DNA from: Thermodesulfobacteriota bacterium | Lineage (GTDB): Bacteria > Desulfobacterota > Desulfarculia > JACQYL01 | NCBI GenBank assembly: GCA_963675595.2 | Contig: CAXXLZ010000001.1 | Coordinates: 192,001 to 256,000 of the forward strand | Reading direction: 5' to 3' | Length of the DNA: 64,000 bases | Part shown: piece after piece, positions 36,686 through 46,687 of the stretch | Position numbering within the stretch: position 1 is the stretch's first letter | Layout: each line of letters starts with the position of its first letter | Notes under the pieces: model-generated | Database searches by the model: none | Seen by the model: the letters and a program-made list of their open reading frames with translations, nothing else | What the model was told of the DNA's origin: nothing | Translations under genes and position numbers: made by a program

Positions 36686-36839
36686 GGCGCGACCTCCGTC
36701 GTGGACTGAATGTATCGACAAAACGACCTGTTCGTTCTCCTTTCCTCATGGAAAACTGAATGCGCATTCTAAAACATCGGACGTGGTTTGGTCCAGTTTC
36801 GAAGTGAAGACGGTTGTTCGGGACTGAACGTCGCGACGA

Positions 36840-37721
36840 TCAGTCCCGCTTGAGTCCCGCCATCTCCGCCAGGATCGCACAAACCGACGCGGTGTCTTCC
36901 TTGTCCCGACCGTGGGCCAGGGCGTTGGTGTAGACTTGAGCCGAGGCGGCGAAGAGTGGGGTGGGACATTTGAGCTCATCGGCGAAGTCTCTGATGATCG
37001 TCATGTCTTTCCGCCAGATATCCACTTTCATGGTGGCCTGATCGTACTTATTGGCCACCATCATAGGACCCCGTACTTCGAACATGCGCGATGTTCCCGC
37101 ACCGTCGCCCACGACTTCCAGGATTTGCTGCGGGTCGAGTCCGGCTTTCATGCCCAACACGAACGCCTCGGCGGCGGATACATTGTGGATGGCCACCAAC
37201 AGATTGGCCACGAATTTCATTTTGGAGCCGTCCCCGTATTCTCCTATGAAGTAATGAGAACGAGCGAAGCCCTCAAATACGGAAATGCACTGCTCGTAGG
37301 CCTCCTTCTTGCCGCTCGCGTATACGGAAAGGTCTTTGGTGACGGCCTGAGCTCCGGTTCCGCTCAAAGGGCAGTCCAACGTCTCGGCACCCGACTCCTC
37401 CAGTATATTCTTCACTTGCAGCTTGGTTTCCAGGGGCATGGTGCTGCATTCCACGAAAATTTGTCCGGATCCCGCGGCGGCCGCCGCTTCCCAAGCCGAC
37501 TCAAGCACCGACGCCTTCGTGGGAAGGACGGACACGATGACACGGCATTTCCGGGCCAGTTCACGGGCCGAAGTCGTACTCAAACCGCCCATTGCTTTCA
37601 GTGCATCCACCTTTTCCGGGACCACGTCATACCCCATGACCGTAAAACCGGCTTCCAGCAGGTTCTTCGACATCGCGGAACCCATAATGCCCAAGCCGAG
37701 CACGCCCACCGTTTTTTCCAT
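36840..37721 (-). CDS. beta-hydroxyacid dehydrogenase (3-hydroxyisobutyrate/threonate dehydrogenase family)
   Basis: GLGIMGSAM; DCPLSGT; KMKFVANLL; WRKD. Confidence 0.9.
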   Translation of the reverse strand: MEKTVGVLGLGIMGSAMSKNLLEAGFTVMGYDVVPEKVDALKAMGGLSTTSARELARKCRVIVSVLPTKASVLESAWEAAAAAGSGQIFVECSTMPLETKLQVKNILEESGAETLDCPLSGTGAQAVTKDLSVYASGKKEAYEQCISVFEGFARSHYFIGEYGDGSKMKFVANLLVAIHNVSAAEAFVLGMKAGLDPQQILEVVGDGAGTSRMFEVRGPMMVANKYDQATMKVDIWRKDMTIIRDFADELKCPTPLFAASAQVYTNALAHGRDKEDTASVCAILAEMAGLKRD

Positions 37722-37803
37722 TTGCTTTTCCTCTCTTGCAGCAGTTTGCGGATGGAAGAGACACCCGACCAGGCATCCGTCCTTCTTTGGTTTCTTCCGA
37801 CTC

Positions 37804-38238
37804 TTATTCTCCAATGTCCGGTTTCAGGCCGGCGCTTATTACACCGTGCACGGCGCACTCTTCGTCGCGGTCCGAAGTGTCGCCGCTGACGCCGACCGCG
37901 CCCATCAGCACACCCTGATCGTCGCGAATGAGTACACCACCGGGCAGGGGCACCATTTTGCCGCCGGACATGGCGGCCAAGGCGTTAAAAAAAACCGGCA
38001 TTTTTTCCGCGCGACGCGACAGCTCCCGGGAAGCGAAGCCCATACCCAGGGCGCCCCAAGCTTTTCCAAGGGCGATTTCGACCCTCATCAGGCCCGACCC
38101 GTCCTGACGTTTCACTACCTTGAAATGGCCCCCCGTGTCCAACACCACTACGGTGAGGGGATCACAATCGATATCGCCGCCTTTCGACAAAACGGCGTCC
38201 GCAATGGCGGACGCCTTTTCCAGACCAATATTGGCCAT
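37804..38238 (-). CDS. GlcG/HbpS-family heme-binding protein
   Basis: VVVLDTGG...RQDG...IALGKAW...GGVLI...GAVGVSG...DEECA. Confidence 0.9.
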   Translation of the reverse strand: MANIGLEKASAIADAVLSKGGDIDCDPLTVVVLDTGGHFKVVKRQDGSGLMRVEIALGKAWGALGMGFASRELSRRAEKMPVFFNALAAMSGGKMVPLPGGVLIRDDQGVLMGAVGVSGDTSDRDEECAVHGVISAGLKPDIGE

Positions 38239-38401
38239 GCCGTCTTCTCCTTATTCGGGTAAACAGTTGAAGGACGCGGTACTTGAAGGTGAGGCGCCCG
38301 CCGAGCCGCCAAGCGGCGACGGCTCGCCCCGACTGATCACACCGGCGTGCGGGCCCTGGACGATCTCTTAACGAGCTACATGGATATGGGCGCCGTCTCG
38401 C

Positions 38402-39001
38402 CTATTTCAGTATGGAATCCGCTATTCGAGAAGCCAGAAAGGCGACGCGGGCGGTTTCCTCCACCAGTTCCGCAAGATTCTGCGCTTCGGTGACGTCCGC
38501 TCCGGCGGTGATGATGCCGTGCTCCGCCAACAGGGCGGCTCGCACCGTGGGCTCGGAGAAGGCCCGCTTCAAAGCTGAGGACAATTCGGGACTCCCCTCT
38601 CCGGGAGGCGTGATCAGCGGCACGCGTTGCAGGGTGCGACGGGCGTGCACCGTGGGTAAGGGCAATTCGCAACCGGCGGCCGCGTAGGCTGTGGCGTAAG
38701 GGGGATGATAGTGCACGACGGCTCCGGTTTGGGGAGCCGCCTCGTAAATCGCCAGATGAGAGCCGAATTCCTTGGTAGGCTTGCCCGACCCCTTCACGAG
38801 ACGGCCTTGTCCGTCGCAGATCAGTAACTCCTCGGGAGTTAGATCGACCAGAGCCTTACCGCTGGGCTTGACTAGGAAGTCCGATGGATTGAGGCGTATG
38901 CTGATGTTGCCCCCGGTGGACATTTGAAGCCCCAGGGAAAAAGCTCTCCGACAGACTCCGATAAAGCGAAGGCGAACTTCTTTTTCTTCAAGAGGTTCCA
39001 C
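38402..39001 (-). CDS. Class II aldolase/adducin family protein
   Basis: GGNISIR; KPTKE; VVHYHPPYA; AEHG (Zn ligands). Start uncertain: GTG 39001 with GGAG RBS, or ATG 39040. Confidence 0.88.
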   Translation of the reverse strand: MEPLEEKEVRLRFIGVCRRAFSLGLQMSTGGNISIRLNPSDFLVKPSGKALVDLTPEELLICDGQGRLVKGSGKPTKEFGSHLAIYEAAPQTGAVVHYHPPYATAYAAAGCELPLPTVHARRTLQRVPLITPPGEGSPELSSALKRAFSEPTVRAALLAEHGIITAGADVTEAQNLAELVEETARVAFLASRIADSILK

Positions 39002-39107
39002 GATTGTCTCCGGTTGCGACGCAAAGGCGCCGCAGCCCATGGAGGTATTGTTGTCGGCAAGTGACCCGGAAATGGTTTCTCGGAGAATTTCCTTGGTCGA
39101 TGTCGTT

Positions 39108-39860
39108 TCAGGGCCAATGGTCCTGTTTGTACACCCCGGTACCATGACCGGTCAGCACCGTGTCCGCCCGTTGAATGATCTTCTCCATGCCTTCATACAG
39201 CTGGAATACGTTCACGAAACGGCCCATAGGGGTGAAACTCAGACCGCGTTTCTTGTCCGGCAGCAGGTTTTCGTCGGCGAAAACCGCGTCGCCCGCGATG
39301 ACGAAGACTCCCGAATCGGTTCGGATTTCGACCGACTGGTGCCCGGGACAATGGCCGGGGGTGGGAAACATGGTGACGGCGGCACTGAAGGCGTGCTCTC
39401 CGGCCACGGTGTGAAACTCAACCCCCTTGAAGGGCGGCACGGCTCCCAGTTTTTCCGAGTTATAGGATTTGTAATAAAGGATATGGGGGTCCAGGGCGAA
39501 AGCCAGTTCGTTCTCGTGAACCCAGAATTCGGCGTTCTTGAAAAGCTTCATATTGGCGCAGTGATCCCAATGCAGGTGCGTAAAGATCACGGCGTCGATT
39601 TCCTCGGGACTCACTCCCAATGCGGCCAAACGTTCGTCGATGCGGTATCCTTCCGGCTGGTAGGAACCCGGGTGGTGCCAGTCCGCTTCTTCGGTCGCGG
39701 CCATGCCCGTGTCCACTAAAATCTTCTTGTTGGCGTCCTCCACATAGAAAGCGTTGCAGGGGACCTGAACCTCGACCCCATAGCCGTGTCCGCCGGTGAT
39801 GTATACGCCTTTATCCAGAGAGATGTACCCCGTGTTCAGCGGGGTGATTCTTGTGCCCAT
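39108..39860 (-). CDS. MBL-fold hydrolase, N-acyl-homoserine lactonase family
   Basis: LVDTG; THLHWDH; TPGHCPGHQS; IAGDA; GH. Confidence 0.9.
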   Translation of the reverse strand: MGTRITPLNTGYISLDKGVYITGGHGYGVEVQVPCNAFYVEDANKKILVDTGMAATEEADWHHPGSYQPEGYRIDERLAALGVSPEEIDAVIFTHLHWDHCANMKLFKNAEFWVHENELAFALDPHILYYKSYNSEKLGAVPPFKGVEFHTVAGEHAFSAAVTMFPTPGHCPGHQSVEIRTDSGVFVIAGDAVFADENLLPDKKRGLSFTPMGRFVNVFQLYEGMEKIIQRADTVLTGHGTGVYKQDHWP

Positions 39861-39888
39861 AGATACGTCTTCTCCTTTGGTTGCGAGT

Positions 39889-41100
39889 CTAACGAGGCAG
39901 CAAAGCGGTGATCTCCTCGGCCGCTCGTTTCACGAACGCACCGTCGTTGATATGAAAAGGCAGTTCAATGACTTCAATGGACGAATTCAGCAAGGTCTTC
40001 AGTCGCTCTCTGAACGCACCGTCCGCCTGGGGATCGTAGAATTGCTTGCCTTTGGCATTGGGCTCGGAGAAACCCTCGAGAGGGATCATCACTTTGACCG
40101 GAGCCAAAGCCCGGTTGAGCTTGCCCGCAAGAAAGCCTGCGGCGTTCATCATCTCTTCCGCCGTTGCGCGGACCAAGGTGATGTTCCGGTTATGAACGAT
40201 TACGTTCCGATTTCGCCAATGTGGCGGCATCTTTTCGAAAGGTCCCATGCAGGCATAATCAATGGCGCCGGTTCCCACCACGCAGGGAATTTCTCTCTCG
40301 GCCAGGATATCCAGGTGATCGTCTCTCGCCGCGAATATGCCGCCCGCCTCACGATCCAGAATCTCGTGGGTGGTCCAGTCCAGCAGCAAATCGAAATACC
40401 CCTCCCGTGCAAGGGATTCCATGGCGGCTCCGCCCGTACCGTTGGCATGGAAGAACACCATTTCCAGGTCCGGGCCGGAGAGCAGCCGTCGGAGCTTCAT
40501 AAGTCCGAGGGTGGTCACGCCGAAAGCAGTCGCTCCAACGGTGTGGCGGGCGGGAGCCACGGGAACCGGGGGGTGAAGGACCATGGCCGCGAGGGCGTTG
40601 GCGGCGTTTCCCAGTGTGATCTCGAGTAATCGATTCATGCCCAACATGTCGGCCACGGAAGGAAAGACCGCGATGTCCTTGGACTCGATGAAAGGCCGCA
40701 TGTTTCCGGACGCCAAGGTGGTGACCATTACTTTGGGAAAGCCCAAAGGAGGAATCTGCATGGCGACGGTGGCCATGGAGGTACCTTGGCCGCCCCCCAA
40801 TCCGAGCATGCCGTGGATGGCCCCTCGTTCGTACAGATCGCTCGCCCAGCCGGCAACTCCTCTGGTCATGGAGGCCATGATCAGCCCTTTATCGCCCGAA
40901 GACACCAGATCCGCCAAGTCACAACCCGCCCGTTTCGCCACCTCCTCGCGGGAGATATCCGCCTCGATTCCGGGCTTGCCGAGCGCTCCGCCGTCGATGA
41001 TTCGGGTTGACAGACCGCGGCGTCGAAGGACGTCGCGCACATAAGCCGCCTCTTCGGGTTTCGTATCCAGGGTTACGATGATCAGAACATGCCGGTTCAT
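39889..41100 (-). CDS. Tm-1-like ATP-binding domain protein (UPF0261)
   Basis: TLDTK; GLGGGQGT; PLGFPKVMVTT; FHANGTGGAAME; HIND. Confidence 0.9.
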   Translation of the reverse strand: MNRHVLIIVTLDTKPEEAAYVRDVLRRRGLSTRIIDGGALGKPGIEADISREEVAKRAGCDLADLVSSGDKGLIMASMTRGVAGWASDLYERGAIHGMLGLGGGQGTSMATVAMQIPPLGFPKVMVTTLASGNMRPFIESKDIAVFPSVADMLGMNRLLEITLGNAANALAAMVLHPPVPVAPARHTVGATAFGVTTLGLMKLRRLLSGPDLEMVFFHANGTGGAAMESLAREGYFDLLLDWTTHEILDREAGGIFAARDDHLDILAEREIPCVVGTGAIDYACMGPFEKMPPHWRNRNVIVHNRNITLVRATAEEMMNAAGFLAGKLNRALAPVKVMIPLEGFSEPNAKGKQFYDPQADGAFRERLKTLLNSSIEVIELPFHINDGAFVKRAAEEITALLPR

Positions 41101-41139
41101 GATGGAACGTCGGAAGAGTCACTGGACATGGATCGTGAC

Positions 41140-41865
41140 CTAAAGTTGGATGCCGCAGTATTTCACCAATGGATCCCGGTCGGAAAGCAGGGCCTGAATA
41201 CCGCATTGATGGCAGATTCTGCCTTTTTCCATGATGTAGACGCGCGATTGGTCGCTGAGGCCGAAAGCCATTTCGTAATTCTGCTCAACCAGTAGTACGG
41301 TCACTCCATCCTGGACGAAGCGCTTCAAGATTTCTCCGATTTCCTTGACCAGGAGGGGCATGACCCCTTCGGAGGGCTCATCCACGAGAATGAGCTTGGG
41401 TTTGGCCACCATGGCTCGAGCCAGAGCCAGCATCTGCTGTTCTCCCCCGCTGAGAGCGTCTCCGCGATTGCTCAGACGTCTCTTCAGATTGGGGAAGTTG
41501 CTGAAGATCAGCTCAAGGCTCTCATCCGTTTCCTGCTGGCTGAGTTTGCCTCTGACCAGCATGGCCAATTTCAGGTTCTCCAGCACGCTCAAGTTGGGGA
41601 TGATGCGCCGTTCTTCAGGCACGAAAGCGATGCCTTTGCGCGCGATTTCATACGGCTTCAAGGACGTGATGTCCGCTCCGTCAAAAATGATCTTTCCGGA
41701 CCGCGCGGACTCGATTCCCATGATGGTCTTCAGAGTGGTGGTTTTGCCCACTCCGTTCCGACCGATGAGAATCACCAGTTCTCCCTGCGCGACCTCGAGA
41801 TCGATGCCCTGGAGGATATGGCTCCGTCCGTAGTAGGTATGTACGTCCTGCAAAGTGAGGAACAT
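41140..41865 (-). CDS. livF: Liv-type ABC transporter ATPase (LivF-like)
   Basis: GRNGVGKTT; LSGGEQQML; VEQN. Confidence 0.9.
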   Translation of the reverse strand: MFLTLQDVHTYYGRSHILQGIDLEVAQGELVILIGRNGVGKTTTLKTIMGIESARSGKIIFDGADITSLKPYEIARKGIAFVPEERRIIPNLSVLENLKLAMLVRGKLSQQETDESLELIFSNFPNLKRRLSNRGDALSGGEQQMLALARAMVAKPKLILVDEPSEGVMPLLVKEIGEILKRFVQDGVTVLLVEQNYEMAFGLSDQSRVYIMEKGRICHQCGIQALLSDRDPLVKYCGIQL

Positions 41866-42611
41866 CAGTGCCCTCCCAGATAGACCCGCTGCACATCGTC
41901 GTTGTTGTGGATTTCGGTCGGCGTGCCTTCGGCGAGGATGGACCCGTTGTGAAGTACGGTGATGGAGTTGGATATCCCCATCACTACGCTCATGTCGTGT
42001 TCCACGATCACGATGGTAAGAGTTTCCGCCAGTTTCTGCACTAGTTTCACCGTGTCCTGCGTTTCGGCCGGCGTCATGCCCGCGGTGGGTTCGTCGAGCA
42101 GTAAGATTTCCGGGTCCGTGGCCAATGTGATGCCTATCTCCAGGTATCGCTGGTCCCCGTAAGGCAGGTTGGCCGCCACCGCATCCTTCTTCTGCGTCAG
42201 ACCCACCTGATCGAGGATATTACGGGTCTTCTCGTTCACCTCGGGAAGTCGGTCATACCGTTTCCACAGGTTGTATCGCGTTACTCTCATCTGGGCGGCC
42301 AGGCGTACGTTTTCAAAGACCGACAGCTTTGGAAAAATGCTGGTGATCTGCTGGGATTTGGTGAGTCCCAGGCGGCAAACCCGATATTGGGGCAGGCTGG
42401 TGATATCGCGACCGTGGTACAGAATGCGCCCCGCGGTGGGCTTGAATACACCCGCCAACAAGTTGAAGAAGGTGGTTTTCCCCGCTCCGTTAGGGCCGAT
42501 AATGGACCGAATCTCTCCCTTGGGCAGCCGGAAGTTCACTTGGTGAACCGCCTTGATCCCGCCGAAATCCTTTTCCAATCCCCGGGTTTCTAAAACAATT
42601 TCTTGAGCCAC
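41865..42611 (-). CDS. livG: Liv-type ABC transporter ATPase (LivG-like)
   Basis: GPNGAGKTT; LPYGDQRYLEI; LDEPTAG; VEHDM. Confidence 0.9.
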   Translation of the reverse strand: MAQEIVLETRGLEKDFGGIKAVHQVNFRLPKGEIRSIIGPNGAGKTTFFNLLAGVFKPTAGRILYHGRDITSLPQYRVCRLGLTKSQQITSIFPKLSVFENVRLAAQMRVTRYNLWKRYDRLPEVNEKTRNILDQVGLTQKKDAVAANLPYGDQRYLEIGITLATDPEILLLDEPTAGMTPAETQDTVKLVQKLAETLTIVIVEHDMSVVMGISNSITVLHNGSILAEGTPTEIHNNDDVQRVYLGGH

Positions 42612-43567
42612 ATCGCCACCTTGCCGCTTTCCCGCCCGCCTTCCGCATTCAGGCGTTCCTTGATGCTTCCCAGAATTCCCTCGGGAAAGGTCAGAATCAG
42701 AAATACCACCATTGCGCCCACGAACACTTCCCAGCGGGGAGTGTACACACTTACCGTGTCTTCGAAGAAAATAAAGATACCCGCCCCCAGCAGGGGACCG
42801 AAGAAGGTATGCATCCCGCCCAGAAGCGTCATGACCAAAGGACGCCCCGAATTAAGCCAGAAAAACGAATCGAGAGGCACATACCCCAAGTTCACCGTGT
42901 ACAATGCCCCGGCCATTCCGGAGAAAAGACCGGAAACGGTAAAGGCCAGAATTTTGATCGACACGTTGTCGTAACCACAGGCCTTGAGCCGTTGTTCGTT
43001 TTCTTTCAGGCCTTGCAGGAGTGATCCGAAAGGGGAGTTCAGAATGTGGTGCATGATCAGAATGCAGACGAGGGTCAGAAACAACACGAAGAAGAACAAG
43101 TTGTGAGGGTCGCCCAGATTCAGGTGGAAAGGAAAGCGCAGTTCGAGCAATGGGATTCCTTTCAGACCGTCTTCTCCGCCGGTAATGTGTTTCAAGGGCG
43201 AAAGGGCCAGGAAGTAAAACATCTGTGCAAAGGCCGCGATGAGAAGTGCGAAATAGACCCCCCGTTTCTTAACGCACATCGCCCCTAAAACGAGAGCCCC
43301 CAAAGAGGCGGCGGTCAAACCCCAGGCCAGGGATATCCACACGCTCGCGTCGAAATAGCGCAGGGCCATACCCGCGCCATAGGCTCCCAGACCGAAGAAC
43401 GCCGCGTGACCGAAGGAAAGCACTCCTGCGAAGCCGAGGGCCACGTTGAACCCCATGGCATAGAGACCGAAAATAAGAATGTCCGTGGCTGTGGACACGG
43501 ATATCCACAGCGGCAGGGTCAGAAGGATCACCCCGACTAAGACGATGTTAAGATATTCTTTGAGCAT
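42590..43567 (-). CDS. livM: Liv-type ABC permease (LivM-like)
   Basis: GVLSFGHAAFFGLGAY; RGVYFALL; TGGEDG. Confidence 0.9.
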   Translation of the reverse strand: MLKEYLNIVLVGVILLTLPLWISVSTATDILIFGLYAMGFNVALGFAGVLSFGHAAFFGLGAYGAGMALRYFDASVWISLAWGLTAASLGALVLGAMCVKKRGVYFALLIAAFAQMFYFLALSPLKHITGGEDGLKGIPLLELRFPFHLNLGDPHNLFFFVLFLTLVCILIMHHILNSPFGSLLQGLKENEQRLKACGYDNVSIKILAFTVSGLFSGMAGALYTVNLGYVPLDSFFWLNSGRPLVMTLLGGMHTFFGPLLGAGIFIFFEDTVSVYTPRWEVFVGAMVVFLILTFPEGILGSIKERLNAEGGRESGKVAMWLKKLF

Positions 43568-43609
43568 GATTCCTTGCCCATCGGTTTGTTGCGCGGCGTT
43601 ACCGCGGTT

Positions 43610-44494
43610 CTATTCCCTGCCGATTTCGCCCATGAGCCCACGTGGTCGGGCAAGGAGAATGACGGCCATGACCAGGTAGATGACGACGTCGGCATATTCT
43701 CCGGCAAAGAGACTGGTGAAGGACACCACCTGACCGATAATGATTCCGCCCACAATGGCTCCGCCCAGACTGCCCAGTCCGCCCACGACGGTGACCACGA
43801 AACTCTGGAGAATCATGTTCAACCCCATGTCCGGCTCCACGGCCACCATGGGCGCCGCCACGCCGCCCCCCAAGGCGGCCAGGCCGATGCCGATGGTGAA
43901 GCCCACGGTGAGCACCCTCGAGACGTTTACGCCCAAAGCGTCCACCATCAACTTGTCCGTGGTGCTCGCCCTGAGGATCATGCCGAGGCTGCTTTTCTTG
44001 AGGAACAGGAACAACGCGGCCATGGCCACCGCGGTCACGACGATGACAAACATGCGGTACTTCGGAATAATGAGGCCCCAGAACATGAAGCTGCCCGAAA
44101 GACCTTCGGGATAATTCACCGGCATGGCCATCAGGCCGTAGAGGATTTTCACGACATCCGGAACGGCCACGGAGAGCCCGAAAGTCAGGAGCAGCGGATA
44201 GAGTGGGTTGCCCGTTTTGTATAAAGGCCGGAGCAGTCCCATTTCCGTGAGAGCCCCCAGACCCGCGACCAAGGGAACCGCCAAAATCAGCCCGATCCAG
44301 AAGTTTCCTACCAGCATGTTGATTTGGAACAGCGCAAAGGCGCCCAGCATGTAGAAAACGCCGTGGGCGAAGTTTACCACGTCCATCAGGCCGTAAATCA
44401 TGGAGAGTCCGCTTGCCAACAAGATGAACACGGCTCCCAGGGCCAATCCGATGACGGCTTGCATGACCAGGATATTGAAGGGAATATCGAACAT
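43610..44494 (-). CDS. livH: Liv-type ABC permease (LivH-like)
   Basis: GLSMIYGLMDVVNFAHG; FVVTVVGGLGS. Confidence 0.9.
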   Translation of the reverse strand: MFDIPFNILVMQAVIGLALGAVFILLASGLSMIYGLMDVVNFAHGVFYMLGAFALFQINMLVGNFWIGLILAVPLVAGLGALTEMGLLRPLYKTGNPLYPLLLTFGLSVAVPDVVKILYGLMAMPVNYPEGLSGSFMFWGLIIPKYRMFVIVVTAVAMAALFLFLKKSSLGMILRASTTDKLMVDALGVNVSRVLTVGFTIGIGLAALGGGVAAPMVAVEPDMGLNMILQSFVVTVVGGLGSLGGAIVGGIIIGQVVSFTSLFAGEYADVVIYLVMAVILLARPRGLMGEIGRE

Positions 44495-44633
44495 GATTTC
44501 TCTCAGCTCGGCGACCCGTTCTTCGGAACCCGCACCCGGGCGCCGGCCGCTCCGTTATGGATTTCTGTGTCGGTATGGGGGCGACGGGAACGGCGGCGAC
44601 CCGACATTGGAGGCCGCCGCCGAAACTCGGTCG

Positions 44634-45866
44634 TTACCTCGGCAGAGGAATCTCGGCATTGGGCAGGTCTTTCTTGGCCTGCTCACAGTCCCGCATGATG
44701 TCTTCAGCCGGTATTTCGGCTACGATCTTGGCGACTTTCCAATCCTTGGCATCCTTGCCGAGTCCCTGCAGCACCAGATAGCTTTCAGCACGCTGATGGT
44801 TGCATTTCTGGTAATATTCCTCGCCCTTGGTGAACGAGTATTTTCCGTCTTCGAGGGCCTTGATCACGGCATCCGCTTCCACGGTTCCAGCCCGCTTCAC
44901 GGCATCGGCCAACGCCATGATCTGGTGGAAGCCGGACTCGCCGTCCTGACGGGGCGGCCGACCATATGCCGCGGTGAACGCGTCCACGAACTTCTTGGCC
45001 GAGGGATACTTGTCGGCGAGTTCCCAATAGAAGTCCACGCCGCCGTAGATGTTTTCATCGTACAGAGGATACACTTCCTTCATGGTCAGGATGGTGGTCT
45101 TGCTGCACACGATGGGAATTCTGCCCACGATACCGAGCTCGTAAGCCTGCTTGATGGCCGCGTTTTGATCTCTGCCCAGGTTGTTGAACACGATGAAGTC
45201 GGGGTTGGCCGCCATGATGCGCGGCAGAAAGGCGGAGAAATCTTTCGTGCCCAAGGGAGCGTAAACATTACCCAGGAAGGTGCCGCCGTGTTTTTCGCTC
45301 GAATAGATCCAGCCCTGCAACAGGCGTTGGCCCCAACGGTAATCGGCGGTGAGAGCGAACCATTTCTTGCCCAGATTCTTGAACGCATACTGGGACATGG
45401 CCTGCACCGCCATGAACGGGGTCACCATGCCGGAAAATCCATATACGCTGATATCTTCACCGGTGACCATGTCCGATTGCGGGAACCCCATATAGATGAT
45501 CTTGTTCTTTCCGGCGAATTCGTTGAGCACCTTGGAAACGGCGCCGGAAAGTGAGCCTGCCAGGAAGTCGACCTTCTCTTCGAAGACGAGTTCTTTCGCT
45601 TTTCTGAGCGCTACGCCGCCATTGAGCTGCGAGTCGCGCACCACGATTTCCAGTTTCTTGCCCAAAAGGCCGCCCTCGTCATTGATCATCTTGGCGGCAA
45701 GCTCGGCGCCTTTCTGTTGGTCGTCTCCCAAGGCCGCGTACGGACCGGTAAGAGGCAGAATGGCCCCCACCTTGATCGTATCGGCCGCATGGGCCTGTAC
45801 CGCAAAAAGCATACATACGGCCAACGCAAGCGTGATACGAAACATGGACTTCCCCATCGTTTTCAT
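44634..45866 (-). CDS. Liv-type ABC substrate-binding protein
   Basis: Signal peptide ending AHA; IKVGAILPLTG; GGLLGKK; DYRWG; PLGTKDFS. The track's 5' extension overlaps the SDR gene and is rejected. Confidence 0.9.
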   Translation of the reverse strand: MKTMGKSMFRITLALAVCMLFAVQAHAADTIKVGAILPLTGPYAALGDDQQKGAELAAKMINDEGGLLGKKLEIVVRDSQLNGGVALRKAKELVFEEKVDFLAGSLSGAVSKVLNEFAGKNKIIYMGFPQSDMVTGEDISVYGFSGMVTPFMAVQAMSQYAFKNLGKKWFALTADYRWGQRLLQGWIYSSEKHGGTFLGNVYAPLGTKDFSAFLPRIMAANPDFIVFNNLGRDQNAAIKQAYELGIVGRIPIVCSKTTILTMKEVYPLYDENIYGGVDFYWELADKYPSAKKFVDAFTAAYGRPPRQDGESGFHQIMALADAVKRAGTVEADAVIKALEDGKYSFTKGEEYYQKCNHQRAESYLVLQGLGKDAKDWKVAKIVAEIPAEDIMRDCEQAKKDLPNAEIPLPR

Positions 45867-45922
45867 GCATCTCCTCCTCTGTTGAAATCGGTTAATAACA
45901 GCGGAAAAACCGCCGACTCCTC

Positions 45923-46687
45923 CTATTTGATGGTCCAGCCTCCGTCCACCAGCAGCACGTGACCGGTGACGATGGCCGAGAAGTCGCACACCAGATACAG
46001 GACGGCGTGGGCGACTTCCTCTTCCGTGGCCATGCGGCCCAATGGGATGCTGTCCAGCACATAGCGCTTGAAGGACTCGTCTTTGAACATTTCGGTCACG
46101 AAGGGGGTTTGCACAAAGGTGGGAGCCACCGCGTTGACCGAGATGCCGTGAGGGGCCCATTCAAGGGCGAGCACTTTGGTCAGTTGGTCCACACCCGCTT
46201 TGCTCGAACAGTATGCCGCGCGCAAAGGGATGGCCACCGTGCCGGTCTGGGATGAAATGTTCACGATGCGACCGTATTTTTGTCGGATCATGTGCCTCCC
46301 GGCGGCCTGGCAGACAAAGAACAGCGAACGCAGATTGATGTTCAACACCGCGTCCCAGTTCTCGGGTGTGACGTCTTCCGCTTTTTGAGGACGATTGATG
46401 CCCATGGCGTTGACGAGCACATCCAGTCGCCCCATGCATCGGACCGCCTCGTCGACCAGACGCGCGGGCTCGCCCTCGGCGGTCAGGTCGACGGCCAAGT
46501 GCCCACAGTCGGCACCCAAGGCCTTGATCTCCCGCTCCACGGATTGAAGTTTCTCTTCGCTGGTCCCGGAAATGAACAGGGCTGCGCCGGCTCGCGCCAA
46601 AAGGAGGGCCGTCGCTTTGCCGATGCCTCCGCTTGCCCCGCAGACCAGGGCACGCTTCCCTTCCAAATCGAATTCCGGTTTCTTCAT
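45923..46687 (-). CDS. Short-chain dehydrogenase/reductase (KduD/gluconate 5-dehydrogenase-like)
   Basis: GASGGIG; NISS; YCSSK; LALEWA; VDGGW. Confidence 0.92.
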   Translation of the reverse strand: MKKPEFDLEGKRALVCGASGGIGKATALLLARAGAALFISGTSEEKLQSVEREIKALGADCGHLAVDLTAEGEPARLVDEAVRCMGRLDVLVNAMGINRPQKAEDVTPENWDAVLNINLRSLFFVCQAAGRHMIRQKYGRIVNISSQTGTVAIPLRAAYCSSKAGVDQLTKVLALEWAPHGISVNAVAPTFVQTPFVTEMFKDESFKRYVLDSIPLGRMATEEEVAHAVLYLVCDFSAIVTGHVLLVDGGWTIK

